DNA of 64,000 nt from Acidobacteriota bacterium (GTDB lineage: Bacteria; Acidobacteriota; Vicinamibacteria; Vicinamibacterales; 2-12-FULL-66-21). The number at the start of each line of letters is the position of its first letter. Position 1 is the first letter of the stretch. The notes beneath the pieces are model-generated. The model was given only the letters and a program-made list of their open reading frames with translations, was not told where the DNA came from and ran no database searches. Shown one piece after another: positions 63,002 to 64,000 of this stretch. The position numbers and the translations under genes were made by a program. The stretch lies in the NCBI GenBank assembly GCA_046732715.1, contig JBKPNQ010000131.1, positions 1,692 to 65,691 of the forward strand, written 5' to 3'.

Positions 63002-64000
63002 CTACACAATCCGCTCAACAAACCAGTAGGTTCCCGCCGCGATGACCAGCACCGACCACGCGCGAGCCAGTCGTACCCGCGAAGATGAGCGGCGGCTCAG
63101 CCACCAGAAGAGCGGCACAACCCAGGACGCGACGAGGATCTGCCCGACTTCGACCCCGATGTTGAAAGCCGCGAGCGGCAGTGCGATCCCGCCGTGTGCG
63201 CCGCCGCCGACGCCGAGATCACGTAACACGGTGGCGAATCCGAGGCCATGGACGAGCCCGAACGCAAAGGTCAGCTTCCAGCGGGACGCGGGCGCGGTTC
63301 GCACCAGGTTTTCTGCGCCGACATACACAATCGACGCGGCAATCAGCGGCTCGACAATGTGGCTGGGAATGAGAAGCAGGCCGGTAGTCGCGAGGCCGAG
63401 TGTCATGGAGTGCGCCAGAGTAAACGCGGTCACGGTCTGAACGACGTCGCGCCAGCGCCTCAACACCACCAGCACCCCGGCCAGGAAAAGCAGATGGTCG
63501 TAGCCGGTCAGAATGTGCTCCACCCCGAGCCGCAGGAATCGTGTGAAGGACGACCGCGAGTCGACGGCAGCAATGTCCAACGTCGTTTCATTCGAGTCTC
63601 TGTCCAGCATGTGCTCCACGCGAACACGTCGGTCTCCGCTGCCGATCGACAGCAGTTCACGATGGCCTCGTGCGAGGTGCTTCGGAATCTCGGAGCGTAC
63701 CAGGAGGCGGCGGCCAAACGCTTTGTCGTAGGTCATCCGCGCATGCACGGCTCCGCCGGCGTCGGACCACACCGACGTCGCCGTTGGCACCAGCTGCCGG
63801 CCATCCAGAATCAACTGGATCGCTGTCGGCGCCAACATTGAGAGTGCGTCGTCTTTTCCGATGCCTCTCGCGTCGCCAGCAGCAAGCGAGAGGGTCGCGA
63901 CGACGGTGCTGTTCCCGACTTGCACGTCGAGCGAGCTCAGCCCGGGATCGTGAGCCGCAAGACGCATCGTGGCGGCGACGATCACGGCCGCCACGATACC
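63002..64000 (-). CDS. HupE/UreJ-family membrane protein (N-terminus probably beyond window end)
   Basis: FLRLGVEHILTGYDHLLFLAGVLV, AFTLAHSMTLGLA, FAFGLVHGLGFA and NIGVEVGQI are HupE/UreJ_2 signatures. The frame is still open at base 64000 (..GIVAAVIVAATMRLAAHDPG looks like the end of a signal peptide). Confidence 0.85.
   Translation of the reverse strand, partial: GIVAAVIVAATMRLAAHDPGLSSLDVQVGNSTVVATLSLAAGDARGIGKDDALSMLAPTAIQLILDGRQLVPTATSVWSDAGGAVHARMTYDKAFGRRLLVRSEIPKHLARGHRELLSIGSGDRRVRVEHMLDRDSNETTLDIAAVDSRSSFTRFLRLGVEHILTGYDHLLFLAGVLVVLRRWRDVVQTVTAFTLAHSMTLGLATTGLLLIPSHIVEPLIAASIVYVGAENLVRTAPASRWKLTFAFGLVHGLGFATVLRDLGVGGGAHGGIALPLAAFNIGVEVGQILVASWVVPLFWWLSRRSSSRVRLARAWSVLVIAAGTYWFVERIV

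Noticed and set aside
1-64000. Search for tRNA, rRNA, tmRNA and CRISPR arrays
   Set aside because: I found no cloverleaf-like GTTCGAATC-type T-arms in intergenic DNA, no rRNA-like conserved stretches, and no regularly spaced direct repeats. A covariance-model scan would be needed to exclude small RNAs.

Overview
High-GC bacterial chromosomal segment (mid-60s percent GC by eye). The gene content looks Acidobacteriota-like: PadR regulators coupled to duplicated FtsX-type 'ADOP' permeases, a CarboxypepD_reg-type TonB-dependent receptor, and many Sec/Tat-exported hydrolases and beta-propeller proteins. I can support about 45 protein-coding genes, several gene remnants, two families of intergenic repeats and a few hairpin terminators. 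I saw no rRNA, tRNA or CRISPR array. The left 3.5 kb looks like a decayed mobile-element scar: an XRE antitoxin and two serine-recombinase remnants around an ECF sigma module. The main observations are: (1) a single 2300-codon ORF that fuses a TamB-like protein in frame to a POTRA+Omp85 barrel; (2) an NB-ARC-type STAND ATPase with a transmembrane helix and two Cys-paired extracytoplasmic Ig-like repeats; (3) an orphan peptidoglycan-binding+DUF4280 (PAAR-like) gene next to a lipoprotein and a PcfJ-like gene, bracketed by a 67-bp duplicate of internal kgtP sequence; (4) two ~108-bp AT-rich palindromic elements in inverted orientation around an RraA-like gene; (5) two PadR-ADOP operons with ATGA start/stop overlaps and the same leaderless-looking promoter geometry; (6) a head-to-head pair of large polytopic membrane paralogues; (7) an LplT-PlsC-Aas triple fusion followed by a ceramidase-like gene. 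All domain calls come from reading motifs in the supplied translations. No database or HMM search was run. Start codons were picked by eye from RBS, signal-peptide or overlap logic.
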